Source: a virus
Taxonomy: Duplodnaviria; Caudoviricetes
Length of the DNA: 64,000 bases
IMG/VR virus record: IMGVR_UViG_3300017791_000021
Span: 47,016-111,015 of that record
Direction: 5' to 3' (one strand)
The notes beneath the pieces were generated by a model that had not been told where the DNA came from, ran no database searches, and was given only the letters and a program-made list of their open reading frames with translations. The position numbers and the translations under genes are program-made. Shown here in pieces: positions 48,480-57,261 of this stretch. Within the stretch, counting starts at the first letter, position 1, and every line of letters starts with the position of its first letter.

Positions 48480-48538
48480 TTAGGTACCTTATTCTTCGAA
48501 TTAGTGTCTCTTGGGGTATAGCTTACCACAATTTTTAA

Positions 48539-50290
48539 TTATGGACGGTCAAACTTGTTAGCCAAAAGTATTGTAGCTGTTGCTGTATCCTGCAAACTTG
48601 CGGAAGACTTGGACACGATAACCCAGCCAACTAGCGCACCGCTGGATAATGCTGGATTAATGGTGAATGGTGTATTTCCAATTGAGCTTGCCGCTGCTGC
48701 GAGAGTAGGAAATACTTGGTCACCATATTGAATCAAGACCTGATTTCCAGCAGTACCCGTTCCAAAGAGGTATACGCGCATAACAGTGGAAGTATTAACT
48801 CCTCCGGGAATAACTGTTAGTACTCCAGCATTATCGTAGTGAGTAACATCTAGAGTAGTTGTATTAGGCAGACCACCACCAGTTCTAAGAATGTGTCTAA
48901 AACTTAGCGGAGTTTCAGCAGGAACTGTAATGTTGTGCGGATTCGCTGTGTCATTCTTGTAGTTTCTACCACCTACGAAAATTGATCCCGCAGTTAGGTT
49001 GAGACTTAGATTAGCACCATTGGTTGTAATCTGAGCACCTGAAGATACAAATGTTCCTAGAGCGAACAGCAAGTCATAAAGCTGTGCACCTATATCGGCC
49101 ATGTATGTTGGCGCTGTGTCAGTTACGGCAAGTGCTCCCGCAAGTTGCGCGGTGATACCAATCTGAATAGACGAACGTCGCTGATCTGCATTTGGCTGTG
49201 ACGCAAGACTAGTTACAACTCCACTAGAATTTGCAACCCACCAGTTAGTCGGTCTTCCTAGTTCTGTGCCATTTAGAGTCACTATTTGATCTGGAATATC
49301 AACTAATGTAATAGTTGGGTTCCCAGGGCTAGTGATGTAATCAACAATCTGACCCTTGCCCGCAGATATATGAATAGACGTAGGACTGTTCAAAGTAAGT
49401 AATGCGCCGCTAAGAACTCCAGTAGATCTAGCAACACCAGTGGTCCAGCTTGCAGAGGTAGCTGATGTAGCAGTCAGTTGAGTTCCCGCAGTGGGAGCGT
49501 TAGCAATAGTTACACCGTTGACCTTGGCAACTGTAGGTGCAGGATACGTACCGCTAAGATCTCCTGTTGCCGGGCCATTAGGCGGAAGCGTAGTAGGAAT
49601 TTGACTGAAGTTCACTGCATCAGTACCAGCAGTTCCATTTGCTAGAGCTGTCAGCTTCTGACTATTCATGGAAACGTTAGCTATAGGTGCAGCCATTTGA
49701 TCTAGTCGATTAGCACGAACAACACTATTGACGTTTGCTGTTCCTGTAAGAGTTGGTGCAGGATACGCTCCAGCTAGATCCCCAGAGGCGGGACCGGATG
49801 GAGGAAGTGTGGTAGGAATCTGTGCCACAGTTACTGAATCTGTAGCAGCAGTTCCTTGAGCCATACCTGTGAACTTCTGGTTGTTCATAGCTACAGAAGC
49901 TTGTGGGGCTGCCATTTGATCCAGTCTATTGGCGCGGACCACAGTGTTTACATTAGCTGTTCCCGTTATTGTGGGATTAGGATACGTACCTGTTAGATCT
50001 CCTCCCGCGCTACCAGTAGGTGGCAGAGTGGTTGGAATCTGTCCGAATGCTGCTGCATCGGTAGATACAGTTCCATTTGCCAAGCCCACAATTTTGTGAC
50101 TGTTCAAATTCACATTGGCTGCTGCGGGTGCTAACTGGTCAAGAGTATTGGCCTCAATAATGCTTTCTACGTTCGCTGTAGCCACTAGCGTAGGGTTTGG
50201 GAAGGTTCCCCCCAAGTCACCTCCCGCAGGGCCTGTAGACAGCCCAGCAGGGCCTTGAGGACCCGCTGCCAAATTCTGTCTATTAGTCAT
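48539..50290 (-). CDS. Repeat-containing fibre protein
   Basis: About 3.5 tandem repeats containing GDLxGxYP.PT and LANGT..TDA motifs. Confidence 0.8.
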   Translation of the reverse strand: MTNRQNLAAGPQGPAGLSTGPAGGDLGGTFPNPTLVATANVESIIEANTLDQLAPAAANVNLNSHKIVGLANGTVSTDAAAFGQIPTTLPPTGSAGGDLTGTYPNPTITGTANVNTVVRANRLDQMAAPQASVAMNNQKFTGMAQGTAATDSVTVAQIPTTLPPSGPASGDLAGAYPAPTLTGTANVNSVVRANRLDQMAAPIANVSMNSQKLTALANGTAGTDAVNFSQIPTTLPPNGPATGDLSGTYPAPTVAKVNGVTIANAPTAGTQLTATSATSASWTTGVARSTGVLSGALLTLNSPTSIHISAGKGQIVDYITSPGNPTITLVDIPDQIVTLNGTELGRPTNWWVANSSGVVTSLASQPNADQRRSSIQIGITAQLAGALAVTDTAPTYMADIGAQLYDLLFALGTFVSSGAQITTNGANLSLNLTAGSIFVGGRNYKNDTANPHNITVPAETPLSFRHILRTGGGLPNTTTLDVTHYDNAGVLTVIPGGVNTSTVMRVYLFGTGTAGNQVLIQYGDQVFPTLAAAASSIGNTPFTINPALSSGALVGWVIVSKSSASLQDTATATILLANKFDRP

Positions 50291-50589
50291 TAGACACCCG
50301 CCTGCACAGTGAAGTTGGCATTGGCTGCGGTAATCATCTTTACAACCGTATTAGAAGTAGTTCCTAATGCTGGCTCTGGTGGAAGCTTAGGGTTAACTGT
50401 ATCTAGTGAAGTCAGAGGAGCGATGAAGAAACATTCGTCTCCTGCAATAGTAGGGTCAACGCCATCAAAGCGTACCCACATATCACCAGAGCTGCGATTA
50501 CTTACTTCAACATTGTGATACCAGTTGGCGAAAGTTACTGTAGTCACTGCTCCACCGACAGTGGTACCACTTGTGATGTGTGTTGCCAT
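50290..50589 (-). CDS. Small beta-rich virion protein, paralogue 1
   Basis: MWVRFDGVDP motif. Confidence 0.75.
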   Translation of the reverse strand: MATHITSGTTVGGAVTTVTFANWYHNVEVSNRSSGDMWVRFDGVDPTIAGDECFFIAPLTSLDTVNPKLPPEPALGTTSNTVVKMITAANANFTVQAGV

Positions 50590-50638
50590 AAGAGCACCTT
50601 AAATAGAAGGGATGAGAAGTGCTCCGAATAGTTCCCCG

Positions 50639-50941
50639 TTAAGAAACATATACCGTAAATGGCACAGCAGTATCAGAGATTAGCTGGACACTGGAGCCAC
50701 TGATTACACGGGTTATAGGTTCTTGAGTCAAAATCCCGTTAGGGAATGTTACAGCCTGCCCAGGAAGGACAGGGAAATTGTCATCGGCTAGGATGACTGG
50801 TTCAACACCATCTGTACGTAGCCAAATCGTACCGGTGGTCCCACGGTGAACGACAGTGATGTTTGCGAAGTATTGTGGAAAATTAACCGCAGTAGCTGTA
50901 TTGATAACTAGCGTAGCGGACTTTGCTCTACTGGCAGCCAT
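50639..50941 (-). CDS. Small beta-rich virion protein, paralogue 2
   Basis: IWLRTDGVEP motif. Confidence 0.75.
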   Translation of the reverse strand: MAASRAKSATLVINTATAVNFPQYFANITVVHRGTTGTIWLRTDGVEPVILADDNFPVLPGQAVTFPNGILTQEPITRVISGSSVQLISDTAVPFTVYVS

Positions 50942-50948
50942 TTTATTC

Positions 50949-51119
50949 CTATCTCATATTAACTACGGAGTCAGTTTGATCCAATGGATACTGCTCTTGA
51001 GAGTCAGGGCGGATGGGTAATTTACCGCCACTATACGTTTTGTTAAGCCAACCGGGGACACTTCTATCCCCGGTTAGCTCATGGTATGAGGCGGTACGTC
51101 GATCATGAAATACCGTCAT
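50949..51119 (-). CDS. 56-aa hypothetical protein (below ORF-track cutoff)
   Basis: ATG behind TAAGGA; MTVFHDRRTASYHELTGDRSVPGWLNKTYSGGKLPIRPDSQEQYPLDQTDSVVNMR; fills the gap. Confidence 0.55.
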   Translation of the reverse strand: MTVFHDRRTASYHELTGDRSVPGWLNKTYSGGKLPIRPDSQEQYPLDQTDSVVNMR

Positions 51120-51128
51120 CAGTTTTCC

Positions 51129-51521
51129 TTACGCAAATACAGGGTTTCCACCAGGATTAGGTGATAGCTCAATTGCGTATGGGAAAAGCTGTGTCTGAGA
51201 AATAATCTTTACTACAGTTTGAGCTGTGGTAAATGCCTCGGTTGCAGAAGGATCAGTAGGCAGTGGGGTTGTGGTCTGAAGCACGGGGCGTGGAGCCAAG
51301 TTCTTCAAAGCTACGGTAACAACACCAGCAGTAGCAGGCATGTTAATAGCTGTCTCGTCTGCTCCACCAACGGTTGGAGTAGTACCATCAACAGTTACAT
51401 AAGCAGTTCCAGCAGTACCAGTTCCAGTTAGGGTAACTAGTACATATGGCTGCCAAGATGTAAGGGTGTTGGAAGCCACTGTGTTTGCAACAAGGGTTCC
51501 ACTAACGGCGTGTACGGCCAT
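51129..51521 (-). CDS. Small beta-rich virion protein, paralogue 3
   Basis: AYVTVDGTTP motif. Confidence 0.75.
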   Translation of the reverse strand: MAVHAVSGTLVANTVASNTLTSWQPYVLVTLTGTGTAGTAYVTVDGTTPTVGGADETAINMPATAGVVTVALKNLAPRPVLQTTTPLPTDPSATEAFTTAQTVVKIISQTQLFPYAIELSPNPGGNPVFA

Positions 51522-51550
51522 AATTCACGTCCAATATTGTAAAGGGATAA

Positions 51551-51826
51551 TTACTTAGCGGCTGCCTTGTCCACTGCATCATCAGCAGCGTCAACAACCT
51601 TGTCAACGTCATCTACGTTTGTACGTAGCGCGTCTGCTACAGCCTCTACGTGGGAAGCAGCAGCGTGGATGTCAGAGACAATAGCTTGCTTGAATACGCC
51701 AGATGCTTCTACCTGATGAACACGGTGGAAGATTTCTTCTAGCTTAAGAACAAGCGCGTGGAGATCTCCCTCTACCTTGCCCTTTACCTCAGAAAGCTTA
51801 GCCTCTACTTCAGTAACAAAACTCAT
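51551..51826 (-). CDS. Helical hypothetical protein
   Basis: Start re-assigned to ATG 51826 behind AAGGA. Confidence 0.7.
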   Translation of the reverse strand: MSFVTEVEAKLSEVKGKVEGDLHALVLKLEEIFHRVHQVEASGVFKQAIVSDIHAAASHVEAVADALRTNVDDVDKVVDAADDAVDKAAAK

Positions 51827-51836
51827 TCTAATTCCT

Positions 51837-52046
51837 TTAGTTTCTAGCGACTGAAGCATTGCTCCAGAAGACAACTTCTTCAAGATGAGTGATGGCTAGA
51901 GACTTCTCTCTACCATCAGGCACATTCGCATCAAGCCATAGAGCAAAGTCCAACGCATGTGCTCTTACAGCATCATACGTCTTACCTTGCTCTACGCCTG
52001 TAACAGGATGGAATGTGAATCTATTCTTCAAATCTGCGTGGTCCAT
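51837..52046 (-). CDS. Tad1/Acb2-like helical hairpin protein (candidate immune-signal sponge)
   Basis: RFTFHP and GREKSLAITHLEEVVFWSNA resemble the Tad1 helix as recalled. Confidence 0.65.
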   Translation of the reverse strand: MDHADLKNRFTFHPVTGVEQGKTYDAVRAHALDFALWLDANVPDGREKSLAITHLEEVVFWSNASVARN

Positions 52047-52072
52047 TTAGTAATCCTGTTTTGTAGTTTTTA

Positions 52073-52510
52073 TTAGTCGGTGATAACAGCACCATGTAGA
52101 CGCTCGTAACGTCCACCACTGCGGTTAACCTCTTCAAATCTACGAGCAGCATTAGCATCTACGTTGACCCCATGCATAAACTCGCCTGTCATACCGGCAG
52201 AGTCAATCCATGCAGCAGATCCTACGTGAGCACGCTCACGCATTGTCTCAGCGGCTGGCTTCTCGAATACATTCATGTTGTGGTTAGGGCGTCCTGGAGC
52301 GGTACGGTAACCCTGCATTGCACCTAGCTGGAAGTCATTAGGTACATCAGTGTCAGTCGCAATACCCTCTTCGAAACGAAGTGGTCCACGACGCTCAGGG
52401 TTTGCAGCGCCCTTTGCTTCGTAATTGACAGCGCCACGATCTCTTTCAGGGAATCTAGGAGTTGGAGCTAGATTTACAGAGCGTCCTGCCTCCTGGTACA
52501 TTTCTGCCAT
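52073..52510 (-). CDS. Hypothetical protein (probably virion-associated)
   Basis: RRGPLRFEEG..TDTDVP.DF; between terminase and head genes. Confidence 0.75.
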   Translation of the reverse strand: MAEMYQEAGRSVNLAPTPRFPERDRGAVNYEAKGAANPERRGPLRFEEGIATDTDVPNDFQLGAMQGYRTAPGRPNHNMNVFEKPAAETMRERAHVGSAAWIDSAGMTGEFMHGVNVDANAARRFEEVNRSGGRYERLHGAVITD

Positions 52511-52557
52511 ATTGGTTCCTTAAGTTAAAACACTAGTGTTGTCTATTATGATATCAG

Positions 52558-54132
52558 CTAACTACGCTTTCTATCATAAAACGGATTATTGCTGATCTCT
52601 ACTTCCTCATTCAAATTCTCAGGAATGACACTTAGTGCAATTGCCAAAGAGTCGCAGTAGTCGTCATGCGCGTTTACTTCCTTCGGAGCTTCTGCCAGCA
52701 TGTACGGTCCTTCAAACTTAACCTGAAGATCTGACATCTGTTGTACGAAGTTACGATAGGTTCTTAGATTTCGTGTCTTAGCATGAGCAGGCCAACCGAT
52801 CTTGGCTCTATCTAGCATCTCACGAAGGTACTTCCATCTGTCTGACTGTGCTGGTCGCTGTGAGGATACATCTACAATTTCCACATGCGGTAGTAGTACT
52901 CGCAATCTAGAGATAAAGATGTCACCCATTCCACCAACATCTACGCCAATAGCCCAGACATTGTACTTGGATACGAATTCAACGATACGGTGATACTGGG
53001 ATTCCCAGTCCATACCTTGCAGGTCCAGCCAATTTAATACACGACAATTGTAATACCCATACTCATCCTGGTGATCCCAGTCTACAAAGACAGCGGTAAC
53101 AATCGTACTGTCGATCTTTCTCGCAGGGTCAATACCAATGATAATTGGAGTAGTGTAATAGCTCTTTACGATCTGCATTGTCTTATCTCCAAGCTCATCA
53201 AGACGCTCAGAGGTAGTGAACATTCCCTGTTCCAGGAGCCAAAGCAAGCGATATGACAGCTTGAATTCATCAGACTCGTATCCCATACGAAGCATGTCAC
53301 CAGCGACAGCCTTTTCGTATCGCTTGTTCCACTTGGATACTTCTCGGTAATCGGCCTGGAAGTGGTTGGTACGTGCTCCGCGCTTAGTGGCATTGCGCTT
53401 ATTGTGCTGGATCTCTCGATAGAAGACTCCCTTTTCATATGTGGGAGTTCCTGTCATACAGAAGGTTCCATTGGTGGACGCAAGCATGGGGCGAATGGAC
53501 TTGTCCACAACCTTCTGATCAGCTACCTGCGACTCGTCCAGCAGAGCAATGTGATAGGTCTTACCCTCAATGTTAGCGCGAGGGTGAGCAGTCTGACGAC
53601 GTACCAGAGAGCCACAGCGCTCTAGCTTCATCTCAGCTCCGCGCCCTCTTACTTTCTCATCAATAGATGGGTCGGCAAGGATCTCCTTTGCCCGCTCAGA
53701 TTCAAACATGGAAATGATACGGGAGTACAGCGTCTTAGCCATGTCATCAACAGGCGCGAAAGCTCCTACCCATACGCCTTCCTTGAAGTCGTCAAGCAGT
53801 TCATTGAACGGCTCAACCTTGGCAAGGCGCGGAAGCATAATCATCAGGGTTGCTACAGTAGCCGCCACGGTTTCAGTCTTTCCTGACTGACGAGAGAATA
53901 GGGCGGTTACAGTTGCACCATCATTGATGATTACTGATTCCATCAATCTAGCTGCGAATGGACGCTGATATCCATAGAGTGGGTGACCCGATAGTTCATC
54001 AGCGAATACTAATAGCTTCTCTACCAGAGCGTCTACAAATGCCTGCGTTCTGGGATCTAGATCGATGGTTGTCTTATTGTGAGCTTCAAGCTCTTCGGCT
54101 GTTAATTCATCTAAGTCAATATCGGTGGTCAT
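52558..54132 (-). CDS. terL: Terminase large subunit
   Basis: LYGYQ, SRQSGKT Walker A, LLDESQ Walker B, TGTP, GIDPA nuclease, HDDYCDS. Confidence 0.95.
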   Translation of the reverse strand: MTTDIDLDELTAEELEAHNKTTIDLDPRTQAFVDALVEKLLVFADELSGHPLYGYQRPFAARLMESVIINDGATVTALFSRQSGKTETVAATVATLMIMLPRLAKVEPFNELLDDFKEGVWVGAFAPVDDMAKTLYSRIISMFESERAKEILADPSIDEKVRGRGAEMKLERCGSLVRRQTAHPRANIEGKTYHIALLDESQVADQKVVDKSIRPMLASTNGTFCMTGTPTYEKGVFYREIQHNKRNATKRGARTNHFQADYREVSKWNKRYEKAVAGDMLRMGYESDEFKLSYRLLWLLEQGMFTTSERLDELGDKTMQIVKSYYTTPIIIGIDPARKIDSTIVTAVFVDWDHQDEYGYYNCRVLNWLDLQGMDWESQYHRIVEFVSKYNVWAIGVDVGGMGDIFISRLRVLLPHVEIVDVSSQRPAQSDRWKYLREMLDRAKIGWPAHAKTRNLRTYRNFVQQMSDLQVKFEGPYMLAEAPKEVNAHDDYCDSLAIALSVIPENLNEEVEISNNPFYDRKRS

Positions 54133-54176
54133 ATCATTCTCCAGATTAGTTTCTCAATAAATATATTGTACCCGAG

Positions 54177-54205
54177 TTGACAGAAAGCAGTACTACCATT
54201 ACAGT
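54177..54205 (+). promoter_or_regulatory. Sigma70-type promoter with overlapping inverted repeat
   Basis: TTGACA-17 nt-TACAGT; AGCAGTACT...AGTGCTGCT imperfect palindrome. Confidence 0.7.
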
Positions 54206-54238
54206 GCTGCTAACTGACCCTACTACTGAGGAGCCCCG

Positions 54239-54481
54239 ATGAACCCCCTGGGAGACAACGGAATCTTTGACGACCAACCGCATCATTCTAATCTGCATGA
54301 CTTTGCGCGCACTGCAACAGCCACCATGATTGGCGCTGCTGTTGGTGCGTCTCTGGACAATACTCGCTTTGGACGTTGGTTCAATACGAGTAGAATCATT
54401 GGACTGATCTTTGATGTCGTCAAGCTAGGAGTGCTGGCACTTGTTGGTCTTTATATCTACTTTGTCATCAAGGTCTGGTAA
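54239..54481 (+). CDS. Small membrane protein; only credible plus-strand gene
   Basis: Own promoter, GAGGAG RBS, two hydrophobic segments. Confidence 0.75.
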   Translation: MNPLGDNGIFDDQPHHSNLHDFARTATATMIGAAVGASLDNTRFGRWFNTSRIIGLIFDVVKLGVLALVGLYIYFVIKVW

Positions 54482-54734
54482 TACGTTCTTCCATTACCTG
54501 AAGAGCTGCCAGAAGAGATACTGCGCCCTGACGAGAGTCATCTATATATGCTAGAGCCTGATCCTTATCACTATGGGTCAGGCTCTTTCGCATTTCTGAA
54601 ATGTTTCTGCCTAGCCCTGTGTGAATGTTATCTACCCAGCGAATGAGATCAGGATCAGATACCTTGCTAAGTCTATTGAGTAGCTTGACCTTGATTCGAT
54701 CGTCTATCTTAGTTCTCTTGAATATTCTAAACAT
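54468..54734 (-). CDS. Hypothetical protein
   Basis: Coupled ORF. Confidence 0.7.
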   Translation of the reverse strand: MFRIFKRTKIDDRIKVKLLNRLSKVSDPDLIRWVDNIHTGLGRNISEMRKSLTHSDKDQALAYIDDSRQGAVSLLAALQVMEERITRP

Positions 54735-55084
54735 TAAATGTCCAATGCTTCTATTAGTAGTTCCTGTTGTTCTGCCGAAAACTGCTGCTTGATCATGGTG
54801 CGTCGGATGTGAGCCTTCTCTGCATCAGAGAACTCCTCATCGCCCATCTGACGACCTTCCAGAGCGTCTAGGAGCATCTGCTCCTCCGACCTGTTCGTAC
54901 TGCGCCAGAAGCCCATCACAAGGCCGTGTACAGACCAAGGGATACGGACTATGAGCGAGTTGGACCAGCGGTATGGTTCCTCAACCTCATGAGACGGATA
55001 CCGATGGAAGATAGGTGACTTCTTCTGTAGCTGAATGGTGTGCCAGAAAAATGGTCCGAGATCGTGCTTCTTATTGTGAATCAA
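54734..55084 (-). CDS. Hypothetical protein
   Basis: EVEEPYR motif; GAGGA RBS. Confidence 0.7.
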   Translation of the reverse strand: MIHNKKHDLGPFFWHTIQLQKKSPIFHRYPSHEVEEPYRWSNSLIVRIPWSVHGLVMGFWRSTNRSEEQMLLDALEGRQMGDEEFSDAEKAHIRRTMIKQQFSAEQQELLIEALDI

Positions 55085-55085
55085 T

Positions 55086-55541
55086 TTATGTTAGTCCTCT
55101 TGAGTATGGGAATCGGTTTAGGGTTGTATTGATAAATCTCCCTGGAGACTGTGCTCTCTGGAACTTCCACCATACAGAAGGTGGAACGTTGTAATAGGTG
55201 TAGTATTCTCCATCTCTGAATTTTATACGAAGAGCCTGACTTCTTTCATCATATCCGGCTGCCAACGTACGTGGTCTTCCAGGATTGATAGTTGGTGTTG
55301 GCTGATATGGCAATAGCGCTTCATCATCGCCGTTGACTGCCAAGGTGATTTCAGTGATCAGTCGTTGATCAGTGAGTTGCGCAGCTCTCGCACGAGTAGC
55401 ATTCAGGTCTAAGTAGGATGACGGAGCCACCTGGTTGGCCTGTGGAACGGTGCCTAGGAAGGTTCTATCCCATGCTGAGCCTGCACGTCTGGTGTTCGGT
55501 TGGATGGGTGGAACTCTATTGCTGACTTTTCTGCGTGGCAT
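55086..55541 (-). CDS. KTSC-domain protein
   Basis: AGYD....L.IKF.DG.YY.Y.NVP..W..F..A.SPGRFIN. Confidence 0.85.
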   Translation of the reverse strand: MPRRKVSNRVPPIQPNTRRAGSAWDRTFLGTVPQANQVAPSSYLDLNATRARAAQLTDQRLITEITLAVNGDDEALLPYQPTPTINPGRPRTLAAGYDERSQALRIKFRDGEYYTYYNVPPSVWWKFQRAQSPGRFINTTLNRFPYSRGLT

Positions 55542-55561
55542 AGGATCTCCTTTTTAAATAG

Positions 55562-55599
55562 AAAAAGCCCTGACACCTTATCTTACAGGCATCAGGGCT
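55562..55599 (-). terminator. Intrinsic terminator
   Basis: AGCCCTGA / TCAGGGCT stem followed by TTTT. Confidence 0.7.
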
Positions 55600-55602
55600 A
55601 TT

Positions 55603-55818
55603 CTATCGCTGTTGTACTGTCCACCCAGGAGCGATTTCCTCAGGTGTATCGTGTGGACAATTAGGTCCTGCATAATGTACGCCATCCATATAAGTACAGG
55701 CTAGGTGCACTTGTGCAGTCATATCGAATGGGACTTCCTGAGCAGAGTGAGCTGTCCAGCTCTCTTCTCTCCAAACATCCCCTTCATCGTAAACGGGTCT
55801 ATAGAACTCGATGCTCAT
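55603..55818 (-). CDS. Hypothetical protein
   Basis: 71-aa ORF overlapping the upstream gene end. Confidence 0.6.
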   Translation of the reverse strand: MSIEFYRPVYDEGDVWREESWTAHSAQEVPFDMTAQVHLACTYMDGVHYAGPNCPHDTPEEIAPGWTVQQR

Positions 55819-56224
55819 GAATGAAACTCAAATCTGGCTTGGTATACGTGGGAGGCTTCAGAACCTTTCCGAAGTCATTACGCTTAACTGTACCATCAGG
55901 CCAGACCTTGGACATATTCGACTTGTGCACTGCCTTGAATACCCACTCAATCGGGATACCAAGTTCCTCAGCAGTTCCATATACTACATAGAGAAGATCA
56001 GCCAATTCCTTAGCCAGTTCCTCTGTAGCTTCGTCTATGGTGCTAGAAGTCAGATTCAGTCGAGTATCTTCCAGGTGAATAATGGCTTCCGCCACTTCCT
56101 CGTACTCCTCAAAGATCAGATTTATTCGACGCTCAGTCTTAGTGAGGAAATCGTCGTCACGCTGATCAGGTGCAAACGTATCGTGGAACTCACGAAGATC
56201 ATCCATGGGCGTGTGTCGGTACAT
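55799..56224 (-). CDS. MazG-like NTP pyrophosphohydrolase
   Basis: EFH..F, EEYEE, KELADLLYVVYG, VHKSNMSK, GKVLKP. Confidence 0.9.
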   Translation of the reverse strand: MYRHTPMDDLREFHDTFAPDQRDDDFLTKTERRINLIFEEYEEVAEAIIHLEDTRLNLTSSTIDEATEELAKELADLLYVVYGTAEELGIPIEWVFKAVHKSNMSKVWPDGTVKRNDFGKVLKPPTYTKPDLSFIHEHRVL

Positions 56225-57192
56225 CAGTAAAGAACTCCATTCACAGAGAAGTGACCATCCTTAATAGATACCAGGTGCTCGAATACTCGCTCACCATATA
56301 CTTCAAGAATTCCAAAGCCTTGCTGCCAGTTAGCAGTAGCGCCCTTCTTCTTCAAGTAATCAGCCTTGGAGATATCCATGAAGTGGCCTACTTCCATACC
56401 CACGATGCTTCTACGATTGTCGTAGTTGTATCCGTAGGACTCGGGAGTAACCCCAGCCCTGTGAGTGTGTCCACAGACCACTGAGACGCCAAACTTGTTC
56501 TTGGCCAAGCCCAAGGCAGTCTTACCCGCAATGGGGCTCAGAGAACCCTCATCGCCATGTGCCATAACCCAACCAGGTGCAAGCTCTACAACAGCGTCTC
56601 GAATAAACTCTACCTCGTTATCAGTAAAGCCTGCCTGATGCTCAATAGTCAAGTCCTTGAGATTCAGACCGGGCGCACAGCTTTCAATGTAAAGCTCAAG
56701 TCGGTCATCGTGATTAGAGCGAACAATACGGAATCGTCCATCAAATACCTCTCGGATATCCTCAAGAATGGCACGAGATGAATCAAAGCCACTCTGAAGG
56801 TCTCCAGCGTATTCAGTCTTCTTTCCACGAACCCAACGGCTAATCTCAGTGGAGTCAGTGAAGTCTCCGACCTGAGCAAGCTCATCAGGCTTAAAATCTG
56901 CCAGGAACTGAATGAACTTCTCAATCAGCTTCTCGTCGTGCAGCGGAGCCTGAACGTCAGGCATAATCACAATGGTGTACGCCTTTTCAGCACCAACCGT
57001 CTTAACGGGAAGGGCTGGAAGATTAGCATAACGCCACGTTCTAATAAGCTTCTCAGATACTACGATCTTCTTGGACTTCAGGGCGACAGCCGCAGCGGAT
57101 CGTCCTAGTGAGCGGTCACTGAGGATATCGAAGATACTCTGGTCAACCTTGGACAGGATCTCAAGTTCAACGATGCTCGTAACAGGTACCAC
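56224..57192 (-). CDS. Calcineurin-like metallophosphoesterase
   Basis: PDVQ, GDFTD, SNHD, AHG, GHTH; start re-assigned to GTG 57192 behind AAGGAGG. Confidence 0.9.
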   Translation of the reverse strand: MVPVTSIVELEILSKVDQSIFDILSDRSLGRSAAAVALKSKKIVVSEKLIRTWRYANLPALPVKTVGAEKAYTIVIMPDVQAPLHDEKLIEKFIQFLADFKPDELAQVGDFTDSTEISRWVRGKKTEYAGDLQSGFDSSRAILEDIREVFDGRFRIVRSNHDDRLELYIESCAPGLNLKDLTIEHQAGFTDNEVEFIRDAVVELAPGWVMAHGDEGSLSPIAGKTALGLAKNKFGVSVVCGHTHRAGVTPESYGYNYDNRRSIVGMEVGHFMDISKADYLKKKGATANWQQGFGILEVYGERVFEHLVSIKDGHFSVNGVLY

Positions 57193-57212
57193 TGTGCCTC
57201 CTTCTGTAAAGT

Positions 57213-57256
57213 AAAAGATCTGCATAGTGCAGTACATCCTACACTATGCAGATCTT
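57213..57256. terminator. Terminator-like hairpin
   Basis: AAGATCTGCATAGTG / CACTATGCAGATCTT perfect 15-bp inverted repeat. Confidence 0.65.
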
Positions 57257-57261
57257 GTTGT

